Shown piece after piece: positions 1 through 9,737 of a DNA stretch of 64,000 bases; the first letter of the stretch is position 1, and each line of letters begins with the position of its first letter. Source of the DNA: Promethearchaeota archaeon (GTDB lineage Archaea > Asgardarchaeota > Lokiarchaeia > Sigyniarchaeales > SOKP01); contig JBHLLU010000009.1 in assembly GCA_048938895.1 (NCBI GenBank), positions 35,800 to 99,799 on the forward strand, written 5' to 3'. Under the pieces are notes generated by a model, which did not search any database, was not told the DNA's origin, and saw nothing but the letters and a program-made list of their open reading frames with translations. The translations under genes and the position numbers were made by a program.

Positions 1-1772
1 ACCTTAATAGCTGCTCCTGTTATATGCGGATTTGAAACACAACTACCAACATTAACTAAACACCCTCTATCAAAATCACCAGGAAATCTGTCATATAACG
101 TCTTGCCTTCCTCATCTTTGACAAGACCAATATCCATTGCTCCGCAACCAGATACAACTACAATATAATTTCTTATTAAGAATTCCTCAGCCATTTTATA
201 TAGTTCTTGAATTTCATGAGCATAGTTACCACACCCTATAATCGCTACAATACCAGGGATTTCTCCCAGAACGATTGGGGCCCCTACATTGCGGATCTCT
301 GTGTCCATAATTGGACCACGCCCTGATCTACAATTATATTTCTCTGTTTTGATATATTCTCTCCCAGCATATTGGATAAGAGTCAATGGAGATACATTTT
401 TCATACAATCAGATTCACATCTACCACATCCTAAACAATCATGAAAAATACTTTCTAAAACGGAGAAATCCGCGTCTTTTGCTAATTTGACACCTTCCAC
501 AAGAGGTAGATCATTTGGGCAGTTTCTTTGGCAGTTTCCACATCCATTGCATCTCATAGCCATTTCTTGGCATCCTTTTTCATCTGGGACACCACTTTTA
601 CCTTTTCTAATTGGTTTTATCTTAATTGCCGTTTCTGCTGCTACTTCTCCAGCTTTAATAGGATCTAAAATTAAAACACCGTCCATTTTACCACTAACCA
701 AATCATCAACAATCTCCATCATGGGATCATCGGTCCTATCTGGAAAGCCACCCATTATTTTTTCATTGGTGGTAATGTATGGTGCTCCTACAGCTTTTGA
801 TTCTTCATAAGTTCTCAAATTGACACATTGTTCATCAACCATTACTACATCAGCTAAACCAGAACGGATATAATGTAGTTGTCTTGAATAAGAACCAATT
901 ATTTTTGCTCCATCATAGTAACGAGTAAGATCATGAGCTGTACAGCAAATTGCACCCACATCAACCTTATCTTCATAGCCCTTTTCTCGTATGTAATCAA
1001 CTAATTCAACTCCTGGAGCAACATTATGCCCAATCATCAAGACAGTTGCCTTATTTTCCGTATCCATTGTACCCATTCCTAATTCAACTATAGGTGCTTC
1101 TGGATCCCCCAATGGCATACCATAAGCAGCAATTTGTATAGCATCAGAAATTTCCATTCCGACTGAATCACATAAACCAGCAAGAAAGCTTTTTGCTTCA
1201 TAATCAAGATAACTAGATTCTTGACCTGTATGACCTGCGGCTAAAAGTTGTGTTAAAGTATAATGAACGTAATCCATAGCAGTTTCTAAATCCTCCAAAT
1301 TCTGAGGCTTCATCCCAACCACTAAGCGTGTATGAGGCATCTCAACGGCAATATTATTTCCGAAGTTAATCGGGACGTTCCCATATTTCTCTTTTAACCA
1401 ATGTAGAAGATGATCTCCATGAGCACTATGACACGCTGCACCTATACAACACGCAATTTCAACAATTCTTGCCTGCTGAGTTTCCATATTGATTCCGCAT
1501 GCTCCTGTTCTTCCTTTGGAAAGATTACATTTCCCATACGTACATAAACAGCACATATCACAAATGGGCATATAAAATGGTTTATAACGATCCATAAGCT
1601 TGAAAAACCAAGATCTAAGATCTCTTAAATGTGGAGAAGGATGAGGCCCCATAGGTTCCCATTCAGTCTCGTCACCATAAGAAATTTTTCCAGTTGTAAG
1701 TTCGAAGCCTTTAATAGAACCAAGAGGTCCTTTATACTCATCTATTTTTAGTTTTGCGCCTTGTTTTTCCAT
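1..1772 (-). CDS. cdhA: CO dehydrogenase/acetyl-CoA synthase complex alpha subunit (3' end runs off the window)
   Basis: Missing from the ORF track. My translation from ATG at 1772 gives MEKQGAKLKIDEYKGPLGSIKGFELTTGKIS...EPMGPHPSPHLRDLRSW...PFYMPICDMCCLCTYGKCNLSKGRTGACGI...GAACHSAHG, the archaeal CdhA signature, with later ferredoxin-type Cys clusters (CNGCGNCQRNCP, CLGCGRCESDC). Confidence 0.95.
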   Translation of the reverse strand, partial: MEKQGAKLKIDEYKGPLGSIKGFELTTGKISYGDETEWEPMGPHPSPHLRDLRSWFFKLMDRYKPFYMPICDMCCLCTYGKCNLSKGRTGACGINMETQQARIVEIACCIGAACHSAHGDHLLHWLKEKYGNVPINFGNNIAVEMPHTRLVVGMKPQNLEDLETAMDYVHYTLTQLLAAGHTGQESSYLDYEAKSFLAGLCDSVGMEISDAIQIAAYGMPLGDPEAPIVELGMGTMDTENKATVLMIGHNVAPGVELVDYIREKGYEDKVDVGAICCTAHDLTRYYDGAKIIGSYSRQLHYIRSGLADVVMVDEQCVNLRTYEESKAVGAPYITTNEKIMGGFPDRTDDPMMEIVDDLVSGKMDGVLILDPIKAGEVAAETAIKIKPIRKGKSGVPDEKGCQEMAMRCNGCGNCQRNCPNDLPLVEGVKLAKDADFSVLESIFHDCLGCGRCESDCMKNVSPLTLIQYAGREYIKTEKYNCRSGRGPIMDTEIRNVGAPIVLGEIPGIVAIIGCGNYAHEIQELYKMAEEFLIRNYIVVVSGCGAMDIGLVKDEEGKTLYDRFPGDFDRGCLVNVGSCVSNPHITGAAIK

Positions 1773-1936
1773 TTTTTAATCAGTTTTTTTAATTTTTTTA
1801 ACTAAAATAATAATTAGATTAATACTATATTCTATTTTAAAATTTCAAATTTCCTATTTGGGATATCTTTTAGTGAATTTAAAAATTAATTATTATATTA
1901 GAAAAAATATAGAGCGAAATTGGTTAAAATAAAAAA

Positions 1937-1952
1937 GTGTGAAACTTCACAC
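1937..1952. promoter_or_regulatory. Palindrome GTGTGAA-AC-TTCACAC, candidate transcription factor operator
   Basis: Perfect 7-bp inverted repeat in the divergent cdhA / DUF1295 intergenic region. Confidence 0.45.
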
Positions 1953-2052
1953 AGCTTTAAATTAGGACTTTGATATTTATTGTATAAAACCCTTTAATTT
2001 TATTATCTTTATTTAATTAAAAATCGATAACTAGGGATTATGTGATTGGTAA

Positions 2053-2964
2053 ATGAAGGAGAGAGATAAAGAAAACCGCATGATTAATGCTTATATGTTC
2101 CTTGTTTTTTCTTATTTTATTGCATTTCTCATTTCAATTTTTATGGGAATTATTTTTTATTCCCTCCATTCACTTTTAATGATTCTATTAGCGGATATCG
2201 CAGGAACTTTGGTTATATTTATAATAAGTACAATCATAAAGAATACTAGTTTATATGATCCTTATTGGAGTGTTGCACCTTTAATAATTGCGTTATTTTT
2301 TCTATTATTTCCCCAAATTGTTGAAACTAGTAATATGCGTTATCTCGTTGTTTTCATTATTATAGCAGTCTGGTCTATACGGCTTACTTTTAACTGGCTG
2401 CGGCAATGGGGTGGATTAAAGCATGAAGACTGGAGGTATATGTATTACAGGAGAAAAATGGGAAGAAAGTTCTGGTTCATTAATCTTACGGGATTACAAT
2501 TAATGCCTACTATTTTAGTGTATTTAGGCTCAATTTCAATATACCCTATAATTTCCTTGAGAAAAAATTCGTTTAATTTTCTTGATATCTTGGGTATAAT
2601 AATAACAATTGGAGCGATACTTATAGAAACAATATCTGATCAACAATTACACAATTTTATAGAAAATCGTGAATCTTCTCAGCAATTTATTACAAATGGT
2701 TTATGGAAATATTCAAGACACCCCAATTATTTTGGAGAAATTCTATTTTGGTGGGGTTTGTATATCTTTGCTTTGGCATCAGATTTATCCTTTTTTTGGG
2801 CTATAATTGGCCCTATTTCTATTACATTACTTTTTCTTCTTGTTAGTATCCCTTTAATGGAAAAGAGGAATTTAGAGAGGAAACCTGAATATATTGATTA
2901 TATACAAAAGGTCTCAAGATTACTACCTTGGTTACCAAAGAAGCGGTTTGAAAAAATGAATTAG
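2053..2964 (+). CDS. DUF1295 family membrane protein (steroid 5-alpha-reductase/ICMT-like)
   Basis: Motifs NTSLYDPYWS, HEDWRY, SDQQL, GLWKYSRHPNYFGE; multiple TM helices. Confidence 0.85.
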   Translation: MKERDKENRMINAYMFLVFSYFIAFLISIFMGIIFYSLHSLLMILLADIAGTLVIFIISTIIKNTSLYDPYWSVAPLIIALFFLLFPQIVETSNMRYLVVFIIIAVWSIRLTFNWLRQWGGLKHEDWRYMYYRRKMGRKFWFINLTGLQLMPTILVYLGSISIYPIISLRKNSFNFLDILGIIITIGAILIETISDQQLHNFIENRESSQQFITNGLWKYSRHPNYFGEILFWWGLYIFALASDLSFFWAIIGPISITLLFLLVSIPLMEKRNLERKPEYIDYIQKVSRLLPWLPKKRFEKMN

Positions 2965-3040
2965 AATCTATAGATACATTTATTAATTTCTTTCAACAAG
3001 TAATATCTTAATTTATTATCATCTGAAATATATTTTGAAT

Positions 3041-3649
3041 TCAATCCCCCACACTGGCTAAATGCGCAATATGAATTAAACCAATGATTATTAAAAATAT
3101 TAAATTATTATGTAATTTGGTTAGAAATCGTTTTAGTTTTATGTATTTTTTGACCTTTCTAAATACCGTTTTAATTAAAATACCTGAGATTACATAATAA
3201 AAATAAATATAAGCCGTAATCCAACCGATAAGAATTGTGCTCTGTGCCTCATAGCCTAATATAGTTATACCATGTATAAATAAAAATATAAGAGCTGCGA
3301 TTGCTCCAATATAATGTAAAACTAAAAATGGTTTTCTCACTTTAATAAAAAGGTCTCTTATAAAGTCTCGAATTCCTTTAAAAAATAAAATCTTTTTTGG
3401 AAATATCTTTCTTGAAATTATAAAACTCTTATAAAAAATGACATAAAGAAGAGATACTACAACTAAACCTACAGAAACCCAACCAAAATTTCTGGCAATT
3501 CCCCCTTCACCTTCATTGTCTTCTCCTCCTTCTTGGGCGATTGATTTTAAGATAAATTGGGAAAAGATCAAAACTATTAATAAAACGATTACAATATTTC
3601 TAAGATGTTTTTGCCATGAAGAATGTGAGATAGAAGTGTTTTGATACAT
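3041..3649 (-). CDS. Membrane protein, possible di-heme cytochrome b (ferric-reductase-like TM domain)
   Basis: About five TM segments with His pairs H-x13-H (LHYIG...FIHG) and H-x12-H (LHNN...LIHIAH). Confidence 0.5.
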   Translation of the reverse strand: MYQNTSISHSSWQKHLRNIVIVLLIVLIFSQFILKSIAQEGGEDNEGEGGIARNFGWVSVGLVVVSLLYVIFYKSFIISRKIFPKKILFFKGIRDFIRDLFIKVRKPFLVLHYIGAIAALIFLFIHGITILGYEAQSTILIGWITAYIYFYYVISGILIKTVFRKVKKYIKLKRFLTKLHNNLIFLIIIGLIHIAHLASVGD

Positions 3650-3692
3650 ATTTTATCAATTCAGTATATATTAAAATTAAAAACTAATATGC

Positions 3693-4286
3693 TCACAGAG
3701 TAGATAAAAATTCAGAAACGTTTTCTTCAGACTCTTCGTCAATTAAACTATCATCAAATTCTCCACCAATATAATTGAATCTATATGTACACTTTTCTGC
3801 ATCCAACAAGGCACAATTAATTTCTTCTCCGTCAACGTCTAGTTGCAATACATCAAAAAGGCCATTAAATATTCCTTGGTATAACAGGCATAGATTTTTT
3901 GCCATGATATTATCAGATTCCTCACAGGCAAGTGAACCCTCTACGTCTATTATAATGTGGTCTTTTTTGAACTTGCCTACCAATTGACCGTAACCCATAA
4001 GCTCTAATGCTTCAAGAGCTCCCAATAACACTTCTTTTCGAGTTGCTAAAGATTCACTTGACCAATCTTTACTATAGAAGAATTTTTCCATAAAATCTTT
4101 CCCAAGAGACTTCCCAACCCAAATCAGGATATCATCTGCATTTGTACCGGCAAATTCAGAAAATTCAATTATATCGAGAGGTCTTAACATAAGCAATTTC
4201 ATATCTTTCTTTTTATCACCAAAGAATAAGTGCCCCTCTTTATCATCAAACATAATATTTAACTCTTTTCGTAATCTTTTCGACAT
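3693..4286 (-). CDS. V4R domain protein (Bet3/TRAPP-related fold)
   Basis: MGYGQL, C-x4-G-x3-G (LCLLYQGIFNG) and E-x2-C-x6-C (EEINCALLDAEKCTYRF) are typical of V4R. Confidence 0.8.
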   Translation of the reverse strand: MSKRLRKELNIMFDDKEGHLFFGDKKKDMKLLMLRPLDIIEFSEFAGTNADDILIWVGKSLGKDFMEKFFYSKDWSSESLATRKEVLLGALEALELMGYGQLVGKFKKDHIIIDVEGSLACEESDNIMAKNLCLLYQGIFNGLFDVLQLDVDGEEINCALLDAEKCTYRFNYIGGEFDDSLIDEESEENVSEFLSTL

Positions 4287-4428
4287 TATTATTCCCTAAA
4301 TCGATTTTCTCAGAGGTTTGATAAATAGTTATTAAGATGTTATTTCTTATAATAGAAATTTAAATCCCTAGATATTTAAACTTAATGATTGGATCATTAG
4401 GTTTTAAAATTTACTAGAATATTAAGCT

Positions 4429-5448
4429 CTATTTTTGGATATGGTTATACTTTGACATTAAATCGAAGATCATTTCAACCGTTTTTTCAATGTTGTGATT
4501 TGTTTTTACCGAAGTAAACAGGAATTGCCAATTCCTGTTCTTAATTTTTTCGAATCCAAAATATGTAAATACGTCTTTTTTTAATGTTTCAAGATTTTTA
4601 TCTGATTGTCTAATTAAGTCACTTTTATTCCCTAATATCAATAGAGGAACTGCTTCCAACTCCTTATTATTTAGTATTCTCCAAAGTTCTCTTTTTGATT
4701 CTTCGAATCTTCTCTGATTTGCAATGTCTAGCATGTAAATAAGTATGTTAGAATCCTGTAAACCTTTCAACCACTTAGATCTGAAAATAGATTGTCCTGG
4801 AAGATCCCAAATAGCTAATAATCCTCCCTGATCTTCATGAATATATTCTATATTAAATTTTCTTGTAGGTGTAAAGTAGTTGTCATTGTACTCTCCAGTT
4901 TTTAATCGTCTTACAAAACTTGTTTTTCCAACATCATCAATTCCAAATAAAAAAACTTTAAAAAATGCTTCTTTCTCGTAGTAATATTCTAATTCTGGTG
5001 TTTTTTCTACAACTTCATCACCAAATCTTCGAAGATCAATAAACATCGAAATCAATAAGTTATCTATTTCCATTTCTTCTTCAAAGGAATATCCATTACC
5101 ATTATTCAGCAATTCACATAATAATTCTTCAAATATGTCCTTATAATCATATGGATTATCTTCTTCCTCAAAGATCAGTCCCACAATTATATCCTCGTCA
5201 ATACAAGAAGTATAGATATTGAAGTCATTAATATATTGAGCTATTGGTTTTTCAATTCTAAAATGGTTTGAAGATCTATATGTTGAGGGAGTGCTTTTGA
5301 TTTCTGCTTCTTTTTTTTGATCATGTCCTCTGATGATACTATTAATGAGGATTCTATTGTTGTTATTAATAATTTCTTTAGGGTAACAATAAATATTGAG
5401 ATCCTCTAAATCCTTCTTACCCTTGAACAAAAAGATATTATGTAACAA
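4429..5448 (-). CDS. Arf-like small GTPase with N-terminal longin-like domain
   Basis: G1 GIDDVGKT, G2 PTRKFNIE, G3 WDLPGQ, G4 NKSD, G5 TSVK. The N-terminal ~150 aa has a beta-beta-alpha-beta-beta-beta-alpha-alpha pattern (IIVGLIFEEEDNPYDY), which I infer to be longin-like. Confidence 0.85.
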   Translation of the reverse strand: MLHNIFLFKGKKDLEDLNIYCYPKEIINNNNRILINSIIRGHDQKKEAEIKSTPSTYRSSNHFRIEKPIAQYINDFNIYTSCIDEDIIVGLIFEEEDNPYDYKDIFEELLCELLNNGNGYSFEEEMEIDNLLISMFIDLRRFGDEVVEKTPELEYYYEKEAFFKVFLFGIDDVGKTSFVRRLKTGEYNDNYFTPTRKFNIEYIHEDQGGLLAIWDLPGQSIFRSKWLKGLQDSNILIYMLDIANQRRFEESKRELWRILNNKELEAVPLLILGNKSDLIRQSDKNLETLKKDVFTYFGFEKIKNRNWQFLFTSVKTNHNIEKTVEMIFDLMSKYNHIQK

Positions 5449-5617
5449 TTAAAATTTCCGAAATTCTTAATTCCTATAAGGTAAAAAATAAAAACTATTT
5501 AAAAAAAGTTTGGAATCTTGCAGACTTTGTATCTTTTTAAAGTTTTTGGTTTACCTTATAAAAGACAAATATCCTTATGATATTTATAAATGAACAATAA
5601 AATGTAAATTCAAAAAT

Positions 5618-7033
5618 TTAATCTTCTTCTTGCGCATCAGGTTCTTCTGGAGGTATCTCTTCTTTACTTTCCTCTGATTCTTCAATAGTTTCTTCGTTTT
5701 CTTCTATAGTTTGTTCTACTTCTACTTCAGGCTCAACTTTTGCACCTACAGGAGTTTCACAATGAGGACATTTACTCCACCCAGGTCTTAGTGCATAACC
5801 ACATTTCACACATTCCTTCAAGTCTTTATCTGGTTCCCATTCAGGAATATCCAAACCACCTTGTCTTTTTCGAGCTAATTCTTGTAAATCTTCTTCAGTC
5901 CAAACCTCCATTCCTTCAGGTAAACCCACACTCCGCTCAGATGCGAATTTATTTAATTCTTCCTCTGTCCATTCTGGCATACTTGGTTGAGATTCCATTC
6001 TTTTTTGAGCTTCCGAAGCTAGTTCTTCAGCAGTCCAAACTTTTAGCTCTTGACCTCCAGGAGTCCTAGATAGTGGGGGTGATACCTGCCCTGGGGTTTG
6101 AGGAGGTTGAGAGGGCACCCCAACAGAAGGAACATTACAAGATTCAGCAGAAAACTTTAATAACGCTTCAAAACATCTAGAATACTTGTTTGGGTCTTTT
6201 CCCTCATCGAGAACTAAAAGTAATGTAGTCTTTTCAGAACTATGAGGTACAGCAATACTGAAGACAGCGATATCTGAAGAAATTCTGTCTGATTCTAATC
6301 CTGAAGTTATTCTTTCCATTGAGTTCATGAGTTCATTATCTTTCATTAAAAAATCACATATTGGATCCCCATGTCTTTGATAAGCTTCATGGTATTTAGC
6401 AAGATGATTTTTTGTTATTGTTGAATCTAATGAGGTAATTAAGGCACTTACATAAGAATAGATTTGAGATTTGGGATCTTTTTGAGATTCATCAAGTTTA
6501 TAAGCCCCTAAATCGATTGGTCCCATAATTGGTGCAAATAATGGTTTCTCTCCTTTTGTTTTCCCAAAGATTATTGAACGTGAGAGAAGGCACTTTACTT
6601 CACCATAATACGCAATTGAGTTGTCTAAAAGCTCAAGTTTCTTATCGAAAACTATACGAGGGACAGTTCGAAATATCACATCAACCCAGGGCATCTCTTT
6701 TACAGGGATAATTGCAATACATGTTTTTTCAATGAGTTCACGTAAAAGTTTGACAAAACCCTTCAATTCTTTTTTTATATCTGCATAATCTTCATTTACT
6801 AGTTCTTCATTAGCTCGTTCTTCGAGCTCTTTAAATTTCTCTTCATTAACTTTTAGATTTCCTCCGAAAGATTTGACATCACCTACGATATTATCTTTCA
6901 ATATTGCAATTGCATTTTCAATCGCTTTTTTCTGGAAATCTGTAAGATCGTGGTCTTCACTGGCTACTATGTAATCAGCAGGATCAAATTCTAACTTATT
7001 TTGGAACACTTGAAAAAGTTTCTGTTCTGACAC
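5618..7033 (-). CDS. Hypothetical protein with tandem WTxE(E/D)L repeats, zinc ribbon and acidic tail
   Basis: 471-aa ORF with Pro-rich linker, three W-T-x-E-[ED]-L units, CVKC...CPHC and a Glu-rich C-terminus. Confidence 0.7.
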   Translation of the reverse strand: MSEQKLFQVFQNKLEFDPADYIVASEDHDLTDFQKKAIENAIAILKDNIVGDVKSFGGNLKVNEEKFKELEERANEELVNEDYADIKKELKGFVKLLRELIEKTCIAIIPVKEMPWVDVIFRTVPRIVFDKKLELLDNSIAYYGEVKCLLSRSIIFGKTKGEKPLFAPIMGPIDLGAYKLDESQKDPKSQIYSYVSALITSLDSTITKNHLAKYHEAYQRHGDPICDFLMKDNELMNSMERITSGLESDRISSDIAVFSIAVPHSSEKTTLLLVLDEGKDPNKYSRCFEALLKFSAESCNVPSVGVPSQPPQTPGQVSPPLSRTPGGQELKVWTAEELASEAQKRMESQPSMPEWTEEELNKFASERSVGLPEGMEVWTEEDLQELARKRQGGLDIPEWEPDKDLKECVKCGYALRPGWSKCPHCETPVGAKVEPEVEVEQTIEENEETIEESEESKEEIPPEEPDAQEED

Positions 7034-7756
7034 TTCTTTTCACTTTAACTAGTTTATAGTTTTAAATAATAGATATTTATAAATATAGCAACGAAATGAC
7101 TATAAAAATTTATTTGAATCCGCCTTTTATCGAAATTTAAGAAAAAAGATTAATACTTTAGAAATCAGGTTATGAAAACTATAAATAATCCTACAAGTCG
7201 ACAAGTAAAGATTCTCTTCCTCATTACTGAAGACAATAAAGGATTATTTAATATTTCACACAAAAATTTTCTAGAATTTTTGCAGTGTGTAATAGCTAAA
7301 AATGGTTATTAGAACCTAAATTATAGTTAATATAAAGCTTTAATTTTAATTTTGTTTAACTAAATGTCTATTTGAATTAAGAAAATATTTGTGATTATTT
7401 AAATAAATAAAAAATGTTTATTTAAACTCAATATTTTTTATGATCATTTTAATTTACATTTGAAGCTAGGTAAAATTTTTTTAAACAGGTTTATATAGAT
7501 ATTAAAACTCCAAAAACGACATTAAATTTGAGGAGTATAGCATTGTTCTTAAAATTAACATATTAATATACATTTTGGAATTGGAAAGACATGACAAAAT
7601 AGTATTGCTTTAAATATATTAATACGATAAAAAAAAATGTTTATATATTATCTTATCATCTATGATCATATAAAAAAAATTGTGGTTTAAGGCGATTGTT
7701 TTAAAAAAGGCATTAGACAATTTGCCGAATCTTGATTTTGATTGAGGAGAAGTGAA

Positions 7757-8047
7757 ATGAAAATTGTTACCGTTAATATACCTGAAACTTATCTCGAAAG
7801 TATTGAGAGACTCATAGGGGAGGATGGATTATATCCTTCACGATCTGAATTAATCCGTTGTGCGGTTCGTGATTTTTTAATAAAAGAATTAAAAAGAGCG
7901 AATGAAATGATAAGATATAAAGAAGTCGAGGTTGAGGAACTTGACGATAAAAATTACGTAAGGGTTCCTGTAGAAAAAGTCGACGAAAATAATGAACCTG
8001 TTCGAGAATTTAAGACTTATAAGATAATAAAAAGACTTGAATATTAA
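7757..8047 (+). CDS. Ribbon-helix-helix (CopG/CdrS-like) transcription regulator
   Basis: MKIVTVNIP...GLYPSRSELIRCAVRDFL; ATG at 7757 is preceded by GAGGAG. Confidence 0.8.
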   Translation: MKIVTVNIPETYLESIERLIGEDGLYPSRSELIRCAVRDFLIKELKRANEMIRYKEVEVEELDDKNYVRVPVEKVDENNEPVREFKTYKIIKRLEY

Positions 8048-8362
8048 AATTTTAAAGGATTTTTAGGTTTGAAGGTTTCCACCTTTCCTCATTTTCTTTT
8101 TTTGATATTATGTATTATGTAATGAACTATTTTTAAAATTGGAAGTTTAAATTGTCTAACTTTTGCTTTTTTTTGAATTATAATAATTGGGGTAGAATTA
8201 TTACTATGTACAACTAATTAGTTATTTAAGTAAGAAATGAATTTACTAATATTATTATGATATAAGATAATTCAATGAGAAAGAAAAATAGAGGTAATTT
8301 TTATCCCTCATAGAAATAAAAACACGAAAAAGAATGATGCTCAAGGATTTGTCCCTAACTTT

Positions 8363-9589
8363 ATGGAATGGGGTATCATTTCTAAAGAAAACTTTAAAGA
8401 TATTTATGAAATACCAATTAAGCGTTGGGATCCTCTTTCTACAATAAAGATCACTTCAAAAGATTTTGGTCTTCGAACCGAGCACACAAGATATTATGGT
8501 CATTATTCCTACATATCTCCAATTAGAGGTAATCGCCCGAAGGGTTTTAAATCAGAAGAGGAGGAGAAACAATTTTATGATTGCTCAAAAAGAACAAAAC
8601 TGAAGCATAAAGATGTCTTTTCTTCGGTTATAGAAGGAAAGCAAGTTTATGACAATTGGGGAATGCCTATTGGTGATGGGTATACAATTATTATCAATCA
8701 GGATGAAATTAGGAGAGATAATCCTTTTTCTAAGAATCCCCATAGAATTGATAGAATTCCAGAGGAAAGTAAAGCTCTGACTTTAATTAATAGATACCCC
8801 TCAATGGCACGAATAGTTGATCCTGAAATCGATAAATATGTAAAAAGTAAATTACCTTCTCACCTGAAATTATCAAGGGGGATTAATTTGGTAACAATTT
8901 CAAGGAATTTCTATCCTTCATTATGTTTCAATTTAATCCCTGCAGATTTATTATCAGGAATTTTTCTTTCTATGAAAGCAGCAATTCTTTATTGTGTTGA
9001 AGAAGCAATTGAGAATGATTATTATGATATCCCTGTCGTGCCTTTCTTTAATATCGGAAGGAAAGTTGGTGGTTCCCAACCTCGGATTCATAGCCAAACT
9101 TATATAGATTTGAATATGGATGGACATGGAAGTCGATTAGAAGGATACCTTGAAGCATTTAAGGGAATGGGAGATGAATGTCATTTATGCAAAACTTCAC
9201 ATGGAGATACTGATAGAATTATCCTAAATTCTGATTTTTGGACATTTTATACTACTGGAAGTCCCGTGCGAAATTATCATATAAGATTTCACCCAAATGA
9301 ACATATTAGACGGTTTTCTCAATTAAAGGTTAATCAAATTGACGATTTAGCTTATTCTTTAAAAATTATCTTCCAAGCTTTAGATGATATTAATATTGAT
9401 AAGAATAGAAATATCTTGTTTAACTCTTGTCCATTTGGTTATGATGCCAATTTCCATTTGTTTGCTGATATAATCCCTCATGAAACTATTGGAGGTGCTG
9501 AGATGGCAGAGGATATGAGAGTCGCCCGAAAATTACCACATATTGCCGCAAAAGAAATAAGAGAATCATTAGAGAAGTATACGAGATAA
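8363..9589 (+). CDS. GalT-like HIT-superfamily nucleotidyltransferase
   Basis: NRYPS, FFNIGRKVGGSQPRIHSQ (GalT N-x-G-x3-G-x-S-x2-H-x-H-x-Q variant), CHLC, FHLFADIIP. Confidence 0.7.
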   Translation: MEWGIISKENFKDIYEIPIKRWDPLSTIKITSKDFGLRTEHTRYYGHYSYISPIRGNRPKGFKSEEEEKQFYDCSKRTKLKHKDVFSSVIEGKQVYDNWGMPIGDGYTIIINQDEIRRDNPFSKNPHRIDRIPEESKALTLINRYPSMARIVDPEIDKYVKSKLPSHLKLSRGINLVTISRNFYPSLCFNLIPADLLSGIFLSMKAAILYCVEEAIENDYYDIPVVPFFNIGRKVGGSQPRIHSQTYIDLNMDGHGSRLEGYLEAFKGMGDECHLCKTSHGDTDRIILNSDFWTFYTTGSPVRNYHIRFHPNEHIRRFSQLKVNQIDDLAYSLKIIFQALDDINIDKNRNILFNSCPFGYDANFHLFADIIPHETIGGAEMAEDMRVARKLPHIAAKEIRESLEKYTR

Positions 9590-9737
9590 TTGTTTGAAGA
9601 GGCTCTATTTATTTTATTTTAATAATTTTTTTATATCAAATAAAATTAGATTTATAACTATTGTATCTGATATATATAGTGTTTGTTATCTTAATGAATT
9701 CATTTATTATCTTTCTTAAGGAATATTTTAATTTACT

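Noticed and set aside
487-810. 107-aa + strand ORF
   Set aside because: Antisense shadow of cdhA, which occupies 1..1772 on the minus strand.
7034-7741. Possible replication origin
   Set aside because: AT-rich, but I found no repeated ORB elements and there is no adjacent orc1/cdc6.
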